Shown here: positions 9,555 to 17,504 of the stretch, piece after piece
Position numbering within the stretch: the first letter of the stretch is position 1
How the letters are laid out: every line of letters begins with the position of its first letter
DNA from: a bacterium
Lineage (GTDB): Bacteria; JADJOY01
Assembly: GCA_046331705.1 (NCBI GenBank)
Contig: JAXLQJ010000040.1
Span: forward strand, 50,805-70,804
Direction of reading: 5' to 3'
Length of the DNA stretch: 20,000 nucleotides
The notes under the pieces: generated by a model
Databases searched by the model: none
The model's input: only the letters and a program-made list of their open reading frames with translations
What the model was told of the DNA's origin: nothing
Program-made: the position numbers and the translations under genes

Positions 9555-10748
9555 TCAGAATCCGAACGCGAATTGGGCGTGGACCTCGTGACCTTCCTTC
9601 TCCGCCTTGCGCTCGTCGAAGTCGTACTCGGCCTTGAACACGAGCATCGGGCTGAACCAGTAGTCGATGCCCGCCGCGAGCTGGCGAATGCGCGGGTTCG
9701 GCTGGTCGGGTGCGTCCTCGGGTGCCGCCGGCTGGTTCTGCTGGCTGTAACGCAACACCAGCTCGGTGCGGTCGAGGATCGGCAAACCCAGCGGCGTCAG
9801 CTTGTAGGCCGCTTGCGCGTATCCACCTTGCCGGTGCTCTGTGGAGGCGCCGTCGGGAAGCTCACGCCAGAAGTCCACGAACTCGCCGCGCAGCTCCAGG
9901 TAGCCGATCTTGTACGCGGCGTCGGCGCCCCAGACGTTGAGCCACAAGCTCTGGTGCTGGTCGTCCCAGGTGCCGTTGTAGGTGGAAAGGCCGATCTTGA
10001 GCCGGCCAAGCTCGGCGGAGAGCGGTAACGGGCGGATCCCGATGCGCGCGCCGAAGGCCTTGCTCTTGTTGATGTCGGCGTTGTTCGCGGCCTCGAGCAA
10101 CGAGCCGGCGCCCGCGTCCGCGAACTTGGGACCGTTGCTCACGTAGAGCGCGTACTCGAGGTCCACGCCATCGTCGCCCATGAGCGGGATGCCGCCGCGC
10201 AGCTGCGCGCCGACCTCGCTGAACGGCAGCAGCCCCTCCTCGTGGCGAAACGGTAGCGGCGTCGAGGCGAGCTTGTTGATCCAGGTCGGCTGGATGCGCT
10301 CGTTGAAGTCGCCGAACGGCGTGAGGAACTTGCCGGCGACCAAGGTCACGTAGTCGTTGAAGAGGTAGTCGAGCTGGCCGTACTCGAGATTGACCTCGGT
10401 CTCGCCGTCGCTGGGTAGCTCGAACTCGGCCTCCGCCTCGACCAGGGCCTTGTCCGTGATCCTGAACAGGAACAACGGCTCGATCTCGGCCGTGAACGTG
10501 TTGGACTCGTCGTGGGCCGCCCAGTCGTAGCCAGCCGCACCGCTACCGGCGATCACGAACCGCGATTCACCCCAATAGTCCGCGAGCGCTCGAGCGATCG
10601 AGTCGCTGCTGGCGGACGCCGTCGCGGTCGCAGCCGCGTCGGACGAGTCGGCCGCCCGCGCACGCGGCACGCCCATCGCGCCGGTGACGACCAGCGCCAG
10701 CAACCCAGACGACACCACGGCCCGCGCCGTGATGAATGGCGGTTTCAT
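9555..10748 (-). CDS. Outer-membrane beta-barrel porin (loosely OprO/OprP-like; 397 aa)
   Basis: AAGGAG upstream of ATG 10748. Signal peptide ending ARA, alternating amphipathic strands (LEYGQLDY, LVAGKFLTPFG, GGYAQAAY) and a C-terminal AQFAFGF beta-signal ending in Phe. Confidence 0.85.
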   Translation of the reverse strand: MKPPFITARAVVSSGLLALVVTGAMGVPRARAADSSDAAATATASASSDSIARALADYWGESRFVIAGSGAAGYDWAAHDESNTFTAEIEPLFLFRITDKALVEAEAEFELPSDGETEVNLEYGQLDYLFNDYVTLVAGKFLTPFGDFNERIQPTWINKLASTPLPFRHEEGLLPFSEVGAQLRGGIPLMGDDGVDLEYALYVSNGPKFADAGAGSLLEAANNADINKSKAFGARIGIRPLPLSAELGRLKIGLSTYNGTWDDQHQSLWLNVWGADAAYKIGYLELRGEFVDFWRELPDGASTEHRQGGYAQAAYKLTPLGLPILDRTELVLRYSQQNQPAAPEDAPDQPNPRIRQLAAGIDYWFSPMLVFKAEYDFDERKAEKEGHEVHAQFAFGF

Positions 10749-10981
10749 CTCTTTCTCCTTTCGGTGACGGAAATCGCGTGGACCAAGCGCAAGACGGGTG
10801 CCGGGTGAGGGGAAACGCTCGTTCGATCGGTGCACGACCGGTGAGCGAGCACGGATCGCTCCCCGAATCGGATGCTCAGACGACTGTGACGTCGTGTGGA
10901 ATTCGAGCGCGAGGCGCGCTCTCTACATTCGTTCGACGCGCGCGCTCGTGTGGAAACCGCCCATCTCACGAATGCTCGACG

Positions 10982-11030
10982 AGCGGCTTGCGTGCCACGT
11001 CACGCGGGCGTGACCTGGCACCCGAAGCGC
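10982..11030. promoter_or_regulatory. 30-bp imperfect palindrome whose arms form two divergent sigma54-like GG-N10-GC motifs
   Basis: GTGCCA-c-GTCACGC-gg-GCGTGAC-c-TGGCAC at 10992-11021. Minus strand reads TGGCACGCAAGCCGCT (10997 to 10982); plus strand reads TGGCACCCGAAGCGC (11016-11030). Both lack the consensus TT before GC. Confidence 0.4.
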
Positions 11031-11278
11031 GACCGACGATCGTGTCCAGACGGCAACCGATCGAGACTCACGCCTTCGAGAACGTCGTTCTGCACGCGCG
11101 TCGGGGCACCGTCGACGGTCGACGATCCGTCCGCGGCGGCGAGTGGCGCTGCGTCGAGAAGTCACCGGCGACGTGACGCAGCGCACGCGCCAACGGAGAC
11201 GGCACGCGCGACGTCGCACCGCAAACGGAGCTAGCTTGCGCCGAATCGCGCGCCCGCACGGCGCGTCGAGGCGCACGC

Positions 11279-12271
11279 ATGCACGCCACCGCCACCGCGC
11301 ATCCGAACATCGCCCTGGTGAAGTACTGGGGGAAGCGCGACGCGGCGCTCAACCTGCCGCGCGAGGGGAGCCTCTCGCTCACGCTCGCCGGCATGGAGTC
11401 GCGCACCAGCGTTCGCTTCGACCGAACCCTCGCCCGCGACCAGCTGGTCCTCGACGGCACGACCGCGCCCGAGGCTTCACTGCGCAAGGCGGTGCGGATC
11501 CTCGACGACGTGAGGCGGCGCAGCAGCGGTCGACTCTCCGACGTTCACGCGCAGGTCGAGAGCACGAACGACTTCCCCACGGGTGCCGGGCTGGCGTCGA
11601 GCGCAAGCGGCTTCGCGGCGCTGGCGTGCGCCGCGGCCGCCGCGGCGGACCTCGAGCTCGCCCCCGACGAGCTCTCGGTCCTGGCCCGTCTCGGCTCGGG
11701 CTCGGCGTGTCGCTCGGTGCTGGGCGGCTTCGTCGAGTGGCGGCGTGGCGAACGCGACGACGGCCTGGATTCGCACGCCGTCGAGATCGCGCCGCCATCG
11801 CACTGGAACGTGGCGATGCTCGTGGCCGTGGTGGCCGAGGCGCCGAAGTCCGTCTCCTCGACCGAAGGCATGGAGCGCACCCGCGCGACCTCGCCTTTCT
11901 ACGAGGCGTTTCTGGCTTCCATCCCCGCGGATCTGGCGAGCGCTCGCGAGGCCGTGCTGAGCCGCGAGCTCGCGGCGCTCGGCGTGGTGATGGAGCGCAA
12001 CTGCTTGCGCATGCACGCCGCGATGCTCGCCGCCGAGCCGGCGCTGGTCTACCTGCGCGGCGCCTCGCTGGCGGTCACCGAGCGGGTGCGCGCCTTGCGG
12101 CACGGTGGAACCCCCGCGTACTTCACGATCGACGCGGGCCCGAACGTGAAAGTGCTCTGCGAATCGGCGAACGCCGGCTCCGTCGAGAAAGCGCTCGCCG
12201 CCGTGCCCGGCGTGATTCGCGTCATCCGCGCCGTGCCGGGACCGGCCGCGCGGATCGTCGAGCGTGGCTGA
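11279..12271 (+). CDS. mvaD: Diphosphomevalonate decarboxylase
   Basis: HPNIALVKYWGK, SLSLTL, NDFPTGAGLASSASGFAAL, ARLGSGSACRS, VSSTEGM and YFTIDAGPNVK motifs. GAGG at 11268-11271. Confidence 0.95.
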   Translation: MHATATAHPNIALVKYWGKRDAALNLPREGSLSLTLAGMESRTSVRFDRTLARDQLVLDGTTAPEASLRKAVRILDDVRRRSSGRLSDVHAQVESTNDFPTGAGLASSASGFAALACAAAAAADLELAPDELSVLARLGSGSACRSVLGGFVEWRRGERDDGLDSHAVEIAPPSHWNVAMLVAVVAEAPKSVSSTEGMERTRATSPFYEAFLASIPADLASAREAVLSRELAALGVVMERNCLRMHAAMLAAEPALVYLRGASLAVTERVRALRHGGTPAYFTIDAGPNVKVLCESANAGSVEKALAAVPGVIRVIRAVPGPAARIVERG

Positions 12272-12301
12272 CCTTCCTCACTCGCCCTCCGAAAGACACC
12301 C

Positions 12302-13639
12302 ATGACGGATCCGAACGCGTCCCACGAGCAGAAGGTGGCGAAGATCGCCGAGTCCTTGCGAGCGCTCGCCGCGCACGGCGAGCACGCGCACATCGAGAAG
12401 GGCGGCGTTCATCACTTCGTGCCGCTGCCCAAGGACCCGCGCTTCGCGGGCCGCGCGGTGGACGCGTCGTCGCTCGATCAGGTGCTCGCCATCGATCGCG
12501 AGCGCCGCGTCTGCGTCGCCGAGCCCGGTGTCACGTTCGCCACGCTGGCGCGCGCGACGCTCGCTCACGGGCTCCTCCCCACCGTGGTCCCCGAGCTCGA
12601 GGGGATCACCATCGGCGGCGCCATCGCCGGCTGCTCGGTGGAATCGATGTCCTACCGCTACGGCGGCTTCCACGACTCGTGCAGCGAGTACGAGGTCGTG
12701 ACCGGAACCGGCGACGTCGTGAGGTGCTCGCGCAGCGAGCGCGCCCTCGCCTTCGAGATGATCCACGGCTCGTACGGAACCTTGGGCGTTCTCGCCAAGG
12801 CCACCTTCGGTCTCGTGCCGGCGAAGCCCTTCGTGCACATGCGCTACGTCCGGCACACGAGCTTCGCGGCGTTCGAACGCGAGCTGCGCGAGCGCTGCGC
12901 CGCTGGCGAGGACGACTTCATCGACGCGATCATCCATCGCCCGGACGCGCTGGTGCTCTGCCTCGGGCGATTCGAGGACTCGGCGCCCTACACCTCGAGC
13001 TACCGACGGCTCGAGATCTTCTACAAGAGCACGCTGGCGCGCACCGAGGACCATCTCGCGACCCTCGACTACTGCTTCCGCTACGACACCGAATGCCACT
13101 GGCTCACGGCCACCTTCCCGCCCCTCGAGTGGAAGCCCGTGCGCTTCCTCCTGGGCAAGTGGCTGCTCGGCTCGACCAACCTGATCCGCGCCTCGGGCAC
13201 GCTGGCGCCGCTGCTCGCGCTCAAGCGGCGCCCCGACGTGGTCTGCGACGTCTTCATCCCGGCCCGCCGCTTCGGCGAGTTCTGGGAGTGGTACGCCCGC
13301 GACTTCGACTTCTTCCCGCTCTGGATCGTCCCCTACCGGGTGCCGGCGATGTATCCGTGGATCTCGCCAGCCCACGCGGCGCGCATGCACGACGAGCTCT
13401 TCATCGATTGCGCGATCTACGGCAAGCCCAACGCCGACCCGCGCGTCGACTGGTCCGAGCGTCTCGAGGAAAAGACCTACGAGCTGGGCGGCATCAAGAC
13501 CCTGATCTCGCGCAATCACTACGATCAGGAGCGCTTCTGGTCGATCTATCACCGCGAGAACTACGACGCGATCAAGCGCGAGCACGACCCCCGCGGCGTG
13601 TTTCCGGGGCTCTACGAGAAGCTCCACCGCGTCGGCTGA
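12302..13639 (+). CDS. FAD-binding oxidoreductase (VAO/PCMH fold), delta24-sterol reductase (DHCR24)/BfaA-like
   Basis: AEPGVT, VVPELEGITIGGAIAGCSVESMSYRYG, YEVVTGTG, GSYGTLG, FPLWIVP and C-terminal FPGLYEK resemble DHCR24/DWF1-family motifs as I recall them. Confidence 0.8.
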   Translation: MTDPNASHEQKVAKIAESLRALAAHGEHAHIEKGGVHHFVPLPKDPRFAGRAVDASSLDQVLAIDRERRVCVAEPGVTFATLARATLAHGLLPTVVPELEGITIGGAIAGCSVESMSYRYGGFHDSCSEYEVVTGTGDVVRCSRSERALAFEMIHGSYGTLGVLAKATFGLVPAKPFVHMRYVRHTSFAAFERELRERCAAGEDDFIDAIIHRPDALVLCLGRFEDSAPYTSSYRRLEIFYKSTLARTEDHLATLDYCFRYDTECHWLTATFPPLEWKPVRFLLGKWLLGSTNLIRASGTLAPLLALKRRPDVVCDVFIPARRFGEFWEWYARDFDFFPLWIVPYRVPAMYPWISPAHAARMHDELFIDCAIYGKPNADPRVDWSERLEEKTYELGGIKTLISRNHYDQERFWSIYHRENYDAIKREHDPRGVFPGLYEKLHRVG

Positions 13640-13642
13640 CGC

Positions 13643-13660
13643 GCTTCGCCGCGGCGAGGC
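13643..13660. terminator. Possible GC-rich hairpin between convergent genes
   Basis: GCTTCGC-CGCG-GCGAGGC (one G-U pair) nearly fills the 21-nt gap between two stop codons. There is no U-tract. Confidence 0.25.
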
Positions 13661-14545
13661 TCAGCACGTCGCCGCGAGGGCGGCGTCGACGAACGCTTCG
13701 GCCTCGGCGTGGCTCCGGCCGCCGTGGAATTGCACCATGCCGATCGCGTTGCTGCGCTCGCCGCGCATCGCGAGATCCACCACCAAGCGGGGAAGTGCCG
13801 CCTCGCCGCCGACCTCCAAGAGCACGTCGGCCTGAACGTGGCGTGATTCGACGGGCTCGCGGCGGACGTGCGCGGCGAGCAGCCGCAGCAGCCGCCAGCC
13901 CCGCCGGCGAACCCAGATCTCGCCGGCTGCGGGTACGTGAACCGGCACGTCCTCCGGGGTTCGCAGTCGCTGCAGCAGACCGCTCATCGGCGCCACCCGT
14001 TGGATCTCGCGGATCACCTCGGCCCGCAACGCGGAGGTGTCCACGCCGCGCTCGAGCGTGATGACGAGGAAGTCGAAGTAGCGCACCCGGCGGGTGCGGC
14101 TCAACCGAACGTCGAACCGCTCGCGAACCTCGCGGACCGACTGGATCGCCGAGAACGGAACGCGCGCGACGATCGGCGGGCCCTGCGGCAGATGCCAGTT
14201 CAGGTACGAGCGCAGCTTCAGATAGAGACCATCGTCGGCGACCGCGATCACCCAGTTCGAGGCGCGCAGCGCAGCCACGAGCTGGTGCCAGGAGATCGCC
14301 GCGACCAGAAAGCACAGAAACCCGCTCATGGCGCCGAAGACCGCGAGCAGCACCCAGCCGAGAGGCGTGATCCAGACGGCGGGATTCGCCAGCGCGATCA
14401 CCACCGACGTCGGCCCGCCGACGAAGATCCCGAGCAACGCGAGCGACAGGACGAACGGGTGACCGAAGCGCCGCCAGCGCGGCAGCGGCGGAACCAGCGA
14501 CTCGCGCATCAACTCGATGCCGCGGGAACGAGCCGCCACCGTCAT
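13661..14545 (-). CDS. Hypothetical membrane protein with two N-terminal TM helices and a soluble C-terminal part
   Basis: Two long hydrophobic segments, then a beta-rich region and a helical tail. It fills the gap downstream of the glycoside hydrolase. The start is uncertain (alternative MRESLV). Confidence 0.65.
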   Translation of the reverse strand: MTVAARSRGIELMRESLVPPLPRWRRFGHPFVLSLALLGIFVGGPTSVVIALANPAVWITPLGWVLLAVFGAMSGFLCFLVAAISWHQLVAALRASNWVIAVADDGLYLKLRSYLNWHLPQGPPIVARVPFSAIQSVREVRERFDVRLSRTRRVRYFDFLVITLERGVDTSALRAEVIREIQRVAPMSGLLQRLRTPEDVPVHVPAAGEIWVRRRGWRLLRLLAAHVRREPVESRHVQADVLLEVGGEAALPRLVVDLAMRGERSNAIGMVQFHGGRSHAEAEAFVDAALAATC

Positions 14546-14582
14546 GTCGCGGGAGTCGCCAACGAGCCGAGCGCGCGCGGCG

Positions 14583-16163
14583 TCACGAATGCGGCGGGAG
14601 GCGCCACCACCGATTCACCTCGGACATGCGCGTGACCAGCGTCGCGTACGGATCGTCGTGCTCGTCCACCACGCCCCAATTGGAGTCCTCGCCGTCGAAG
14701 CGCCCGCCGTGCGGCTCGTCGACGTGCTCGAACCAGTGGTAGCCGACGACGTAGTCCGAAGCGATCGAGGGCGTCACGTCCTGCTCGAACCAATCGGCCC
14801 GCGCCTTCTGATCGGGGACCACCAGCATCATCGGCGGCCACGTGTTGGGCAGCCCCGAGTCGGCGGCGCGATAGCCGAACTCCGATTGCAGGATCGGACG
14901 GCCGGTGACGGCGTGGATCGCGGCGAAGTCGTCGCCATCGGGCAAGAAGAGCTCGCGTCCCGTGACCAGATTGTCGAGCAGCGAGATCGCCAGCGCCCAC
15001 ACCGGATCGTGCTGGTAGCGGTTGACCGACACCACGTCGACGAGGCTCGCGGAGGCGCGCATCACCTCGGGATAGACGAGCTGGCCCACCACGCGCTCAC
15101 CCAGGATCAGGTGGTTGGGGTCGGCGGCGCGCACCGCGCCGGTCGCGATCTCGTAGTAGCGTCGCGCCGCCAGCTCGAGGAACGCCTGACGCGCGTCCAT
15201 CTGCTCGACGGTCGGCGGATACACGGCGGGGCCGAGCGTGGTGGCCGCGAGCACCTCGTCGAAGCTCGCGAACGAGCCACCCCACGCCGCGTCGAGCGCC
15301 GCCACGTCGTTGCCGTAGCGCGCCCGCAGAAAGTCGACGAGCGCGAGCTTTCCGGGAGCCGTGGAGTCGTATCCCAGGTAGTCGTCGAGCAGGAACGTGA
15401 CCCGCTGATAGGAAGGCCCCCAGCGCATCTCGTTGTCGAGGAAGTAGCCGAGCAGGTCCGGATCGCTCACACGAGACGCGACGCTCGCCGCCGCGATGGA
15501 GGCCGCGCGTGCGGCGAAATCCGGCGCGAAATAGTCCGGGATCGGCCCCGACCAGTTGCCGCCCGCGATGTCGAGGATGACGGTGTAGGCGCGGCCCGAG
15601 CCCGCGAAGCTCTCGCTCCAGGCGCCCAACGTGTTGAAGCCCCACGCGTCGTAGCGGCGGCCGACCTCCTCCGCCCATGCGGCGCGGGAGCCATAGCGGG
15701 CGACGTTGGCGTCGTGGTACGGGCTGGTGCCCGTCGAGGGCTCGTAGTCGCCGTCGAATGTGACGTGATTGACGCCCGTCGAGAAGAACGGATGCCCCTC
15801 GGGAGTGACCAGCCACCAGCGATCGGCGGTCTCTTCGACGCGGAAGAATCCGGTTGCCCCGAGATCCATCCCGGTCCAACCACCCCACGAATCGGCCGCT
15901 GGCCCGTCCACTCCGTCGCAGTCTCGATCGATGCCGTCGACCTCGTCGTCGACGGCGCCGGGGTGGACGGTCGGGTCGAGATCGTCGCAGTCGGCCACGC
16001 GCGGGTCCACTCGGCTCGCAGCGCCGGCCTGGTAACCGTCGGCGTCGCCGTCGCAGCCAGCGAGGGGAACGAGCGCGGCGAGCGAGAGCACGAGCCACAC
16101 CGCGGCGCTCGGCCGGACGTGCCAGCGAGAGCGGATCGGGTTCCAGGGCGAGAGCGGAAGCAT
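14583..16163 (-). CDS. Lipoprotein glycoside hydrolase, beta-agarase/GH50-like (clan GH-A), with an N-terminal MopE-type Cys/Asp repeat
   Basis: GGAG upstream of ATG 16163 and lipobox LAGC. DCDDLDPTVHPGA....DGIDRDCDG repeat. GFFRVE..RWWLVTPEGHPFFSTG, WGFNTLGAWS, GYFLDNE (acid/base), DPNHLILG, ILQSEF (nucleophile) and VGYHWF..DEP motifs. Confidence 0.8.
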   Translation of the reverse strand: MLPLSPWNPIRSRWHVRPSAAVWLVLSLAALVPLAGCDGDADGYQAGAASRVDPRVADCDDLDPTVHPGAVDDEVDGIDRDCDGVDGPAADSWGGWTGMDLGATGFFRVEETADRWWLVTPEGHPFFSTGVNHVTFDGDYEPSTGTSPYHDANVARYGSRAAWAEEVGRRYDAWGFNTLGAWSESFAGSGRAYTVILDIAGGNWSGPIPDYFAPDFAARAASIAAASVASRVSDPDLLGYFLDNEMRWGPSYQRVTFLLDDYLGYDSTAPGKLALVDFLRARYGNDVAALDAAWGGSFASFDEVLAATTLGPAVYPPTVEQMDARQAFLELAARRYYEIATGAVRAADPNHLILGERVVGQLVYPEVMRASASLVDVVSVNRYQHDPVWALAISLLDNLVTGRELFLPDGDDFAAIHAVTGRPILQSEFGYRAADSGLPNTWPPMMLVVPDQKARADWFEQDVTPSIASDYVVGYHWFEHVDEPHGGRFDGEDSNWGVVDEHDDPYATLVTRMSEVNRWWRLPPHS

Positions 16164-16357
16164 CGACGACTCCGGGCAACGAGAGGAGCCACGCACGGAA
16201 CCGAGCACGCGCGCACGGCACGCACGAACGACCCTCTCATGCTACGCAGCGCGCACGGTTCGGCTCAACCGCGGCGCTCGGCGCCGGGAACCGCCGCGCC
16301 GAGGACACCGCCGCGGTCGTCGCGTATCGTGGCGAACCCTGCGGCGGATCGATGGCG

Positions 16358-17491
16358 ATGACACGAGCCACCCTCGAGGTACGCGTCCCCGGGAAGCTCA
16401 TGCTGCTCGGCGAGTACGCCGTGCTCGACCCGGGCGCACCGGCGCTGGTGCTGGCGGTGGATCGGTCGGTGCGCGTGCGGCTCGAGCCGGCCGGCGAGCT
16501 GCGCCTCGACTGCCCCGACATCGGCATCGAGGCCCTCGGTGGCCGCCTGACCGCCAACGGCGTGCAGTGGAACGCGGACGACGACGCCCCGGATCCGGCA
16601 AAGCTCCGCTTCGTCGACCAGACGCTCTCGCTCGTGATCGCGCTCACGCGCGCCGCGGGACGCGAGCCCGCACCGTTCCACATGCGCGTCACGAGCGAGC
16701 TCGGCGCCGGAAGCGCCAAGGCCGGCTTGGGAAGCAGCGCCTCCGTCGCCGTCGCCGTCGCCGCGGCAGCGCTGCGCTGGTGCGGCTTCGACGTCGAGGG
16801 TGGTGTGGGCCGAACGCGTCTCTTCCAGGTCGCCGCCGTCGCCCACCATCTGGCGCAGGGTCGACGCGGGAGCGGCGCGGACGTCGCCGCCGCCGTCGCA
16901 GGCGGGATCGTCGCGTATCGAAACCCGGGCTTCGAGGAGTTGCTGCGCGACGTCTCGGACCGCGCGAACGACGCTGCCGGCGCGGCAGCCGCCATCCAGG
17001 AACGAACGTGGGACCGGCTACGCCTGGACGACATCCCCTGGCCAGCGGGCCACGCGTTCGTCTCCGCCGCGACCGGCGTGGCCGCGTCGACCACCCAGCT
17101 CATCGATCGAGTGACGCGTCTCGACGGGCGCGCCGCGGATTCGTTCCGGCGGCTCAAGTCCGAGCTGGGCGAGCTGGCTCGTCGCGCCATCGACGAGCCC
17201 ACCGCGGCTTCGCTCGGCGCCGCGATGCGCGCCCATCAGCAGGCGCTCGAACGATTCGACGACGCCAACGGCGGCCTCGGGATCGTCACTCCGGCGATCC
17301 GAGCGCTCGTCGCGAGCGCTGCCGAGCTCGGCGTCGCCGCGAAGATCTCCGGCGCGGGCGGCGGCGACTCGGTGGTGGCGCTGGTGCCGCGGGAGCGGGT
17401 CGCCGCGCTGACGGCGGCCTACGGCGCCGCGGGCGCCGAGACCTTCGCCGTCCTCGAGCCCGTGGCCGGCGCGACCGTCCGCGCCGTGTGA
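16358..17491 (+). CDS. mvaK2: Phosphomevalonate kinase (GHMP family)
   Basis: PGKLMLLGEYAVL, KAGLGSSA, AHHLAQGRRGSGADVAA, ASTTQLI and KISGAGGGD motifs; MVA gene context. Alternative start at ATG 16352. Confidence 0.88.
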   Translation: MTRATLEVRVPGKLMLLGEYAVLDPGAPALVLAVDRSVRVRLEPAGELRLDCPDIGIEALGGRLTANGVQWNADDDAPDPAKLRFVDQTLSLVIALTRAAGREPAPFHMRVTSELGAGSAKAGLGSSASVAVAVAAAALRWCGFDVEGGVGRTRLFQVAAVAHHLAQGRRGSGADVAAAVAGGIVAYRNPGFEELLRDVSDRANDAAGAAAAIQERTWDRLRLDDIPWPAGHAFVSAATGVAASTTQLIDRVTRLDGRAADSFRRLKSELGELARRAIDEPTAASLGAAMRAHQQALERFDDANGGLGIVTPAIRALVASAAELGVAAKISGAGGGDSVVALVPRERVAALTAAYGAAGAETFAVLEPVAGATVRAV

Positions 17492-17504
17492 GCGCGCCGG
17501 CCGC

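Noticed and set aside
10736-11276. Short ORFs in the porin-mvaD intergenic region
   Set aside because: They lack a clear RBS or motifs and have Arg/Ser-rich composition. The region is better explained as divergent promoter DNA.
11143-14061. 972-aa + strand ORF and similar long Arg/Ala/Gly-rich ORFs (e.g. 2749-4371, 6637-8358, 14517-16361, 16567-17964, 17419-18987)
   Set aside because: These are alternate-frame or antisense shadows of motif-supported genes, expected in high-GC DNA with few stop codons.
11279-17491. Alternative (archaeal or Chloroflexi-type) mevalonate route
   Set aside because: Both a phosphomevalonate kinase-type GHMP kinase and a decarboxylase are present and no isopentenyl phosphate kinase is seen, which fits the classical pathway.
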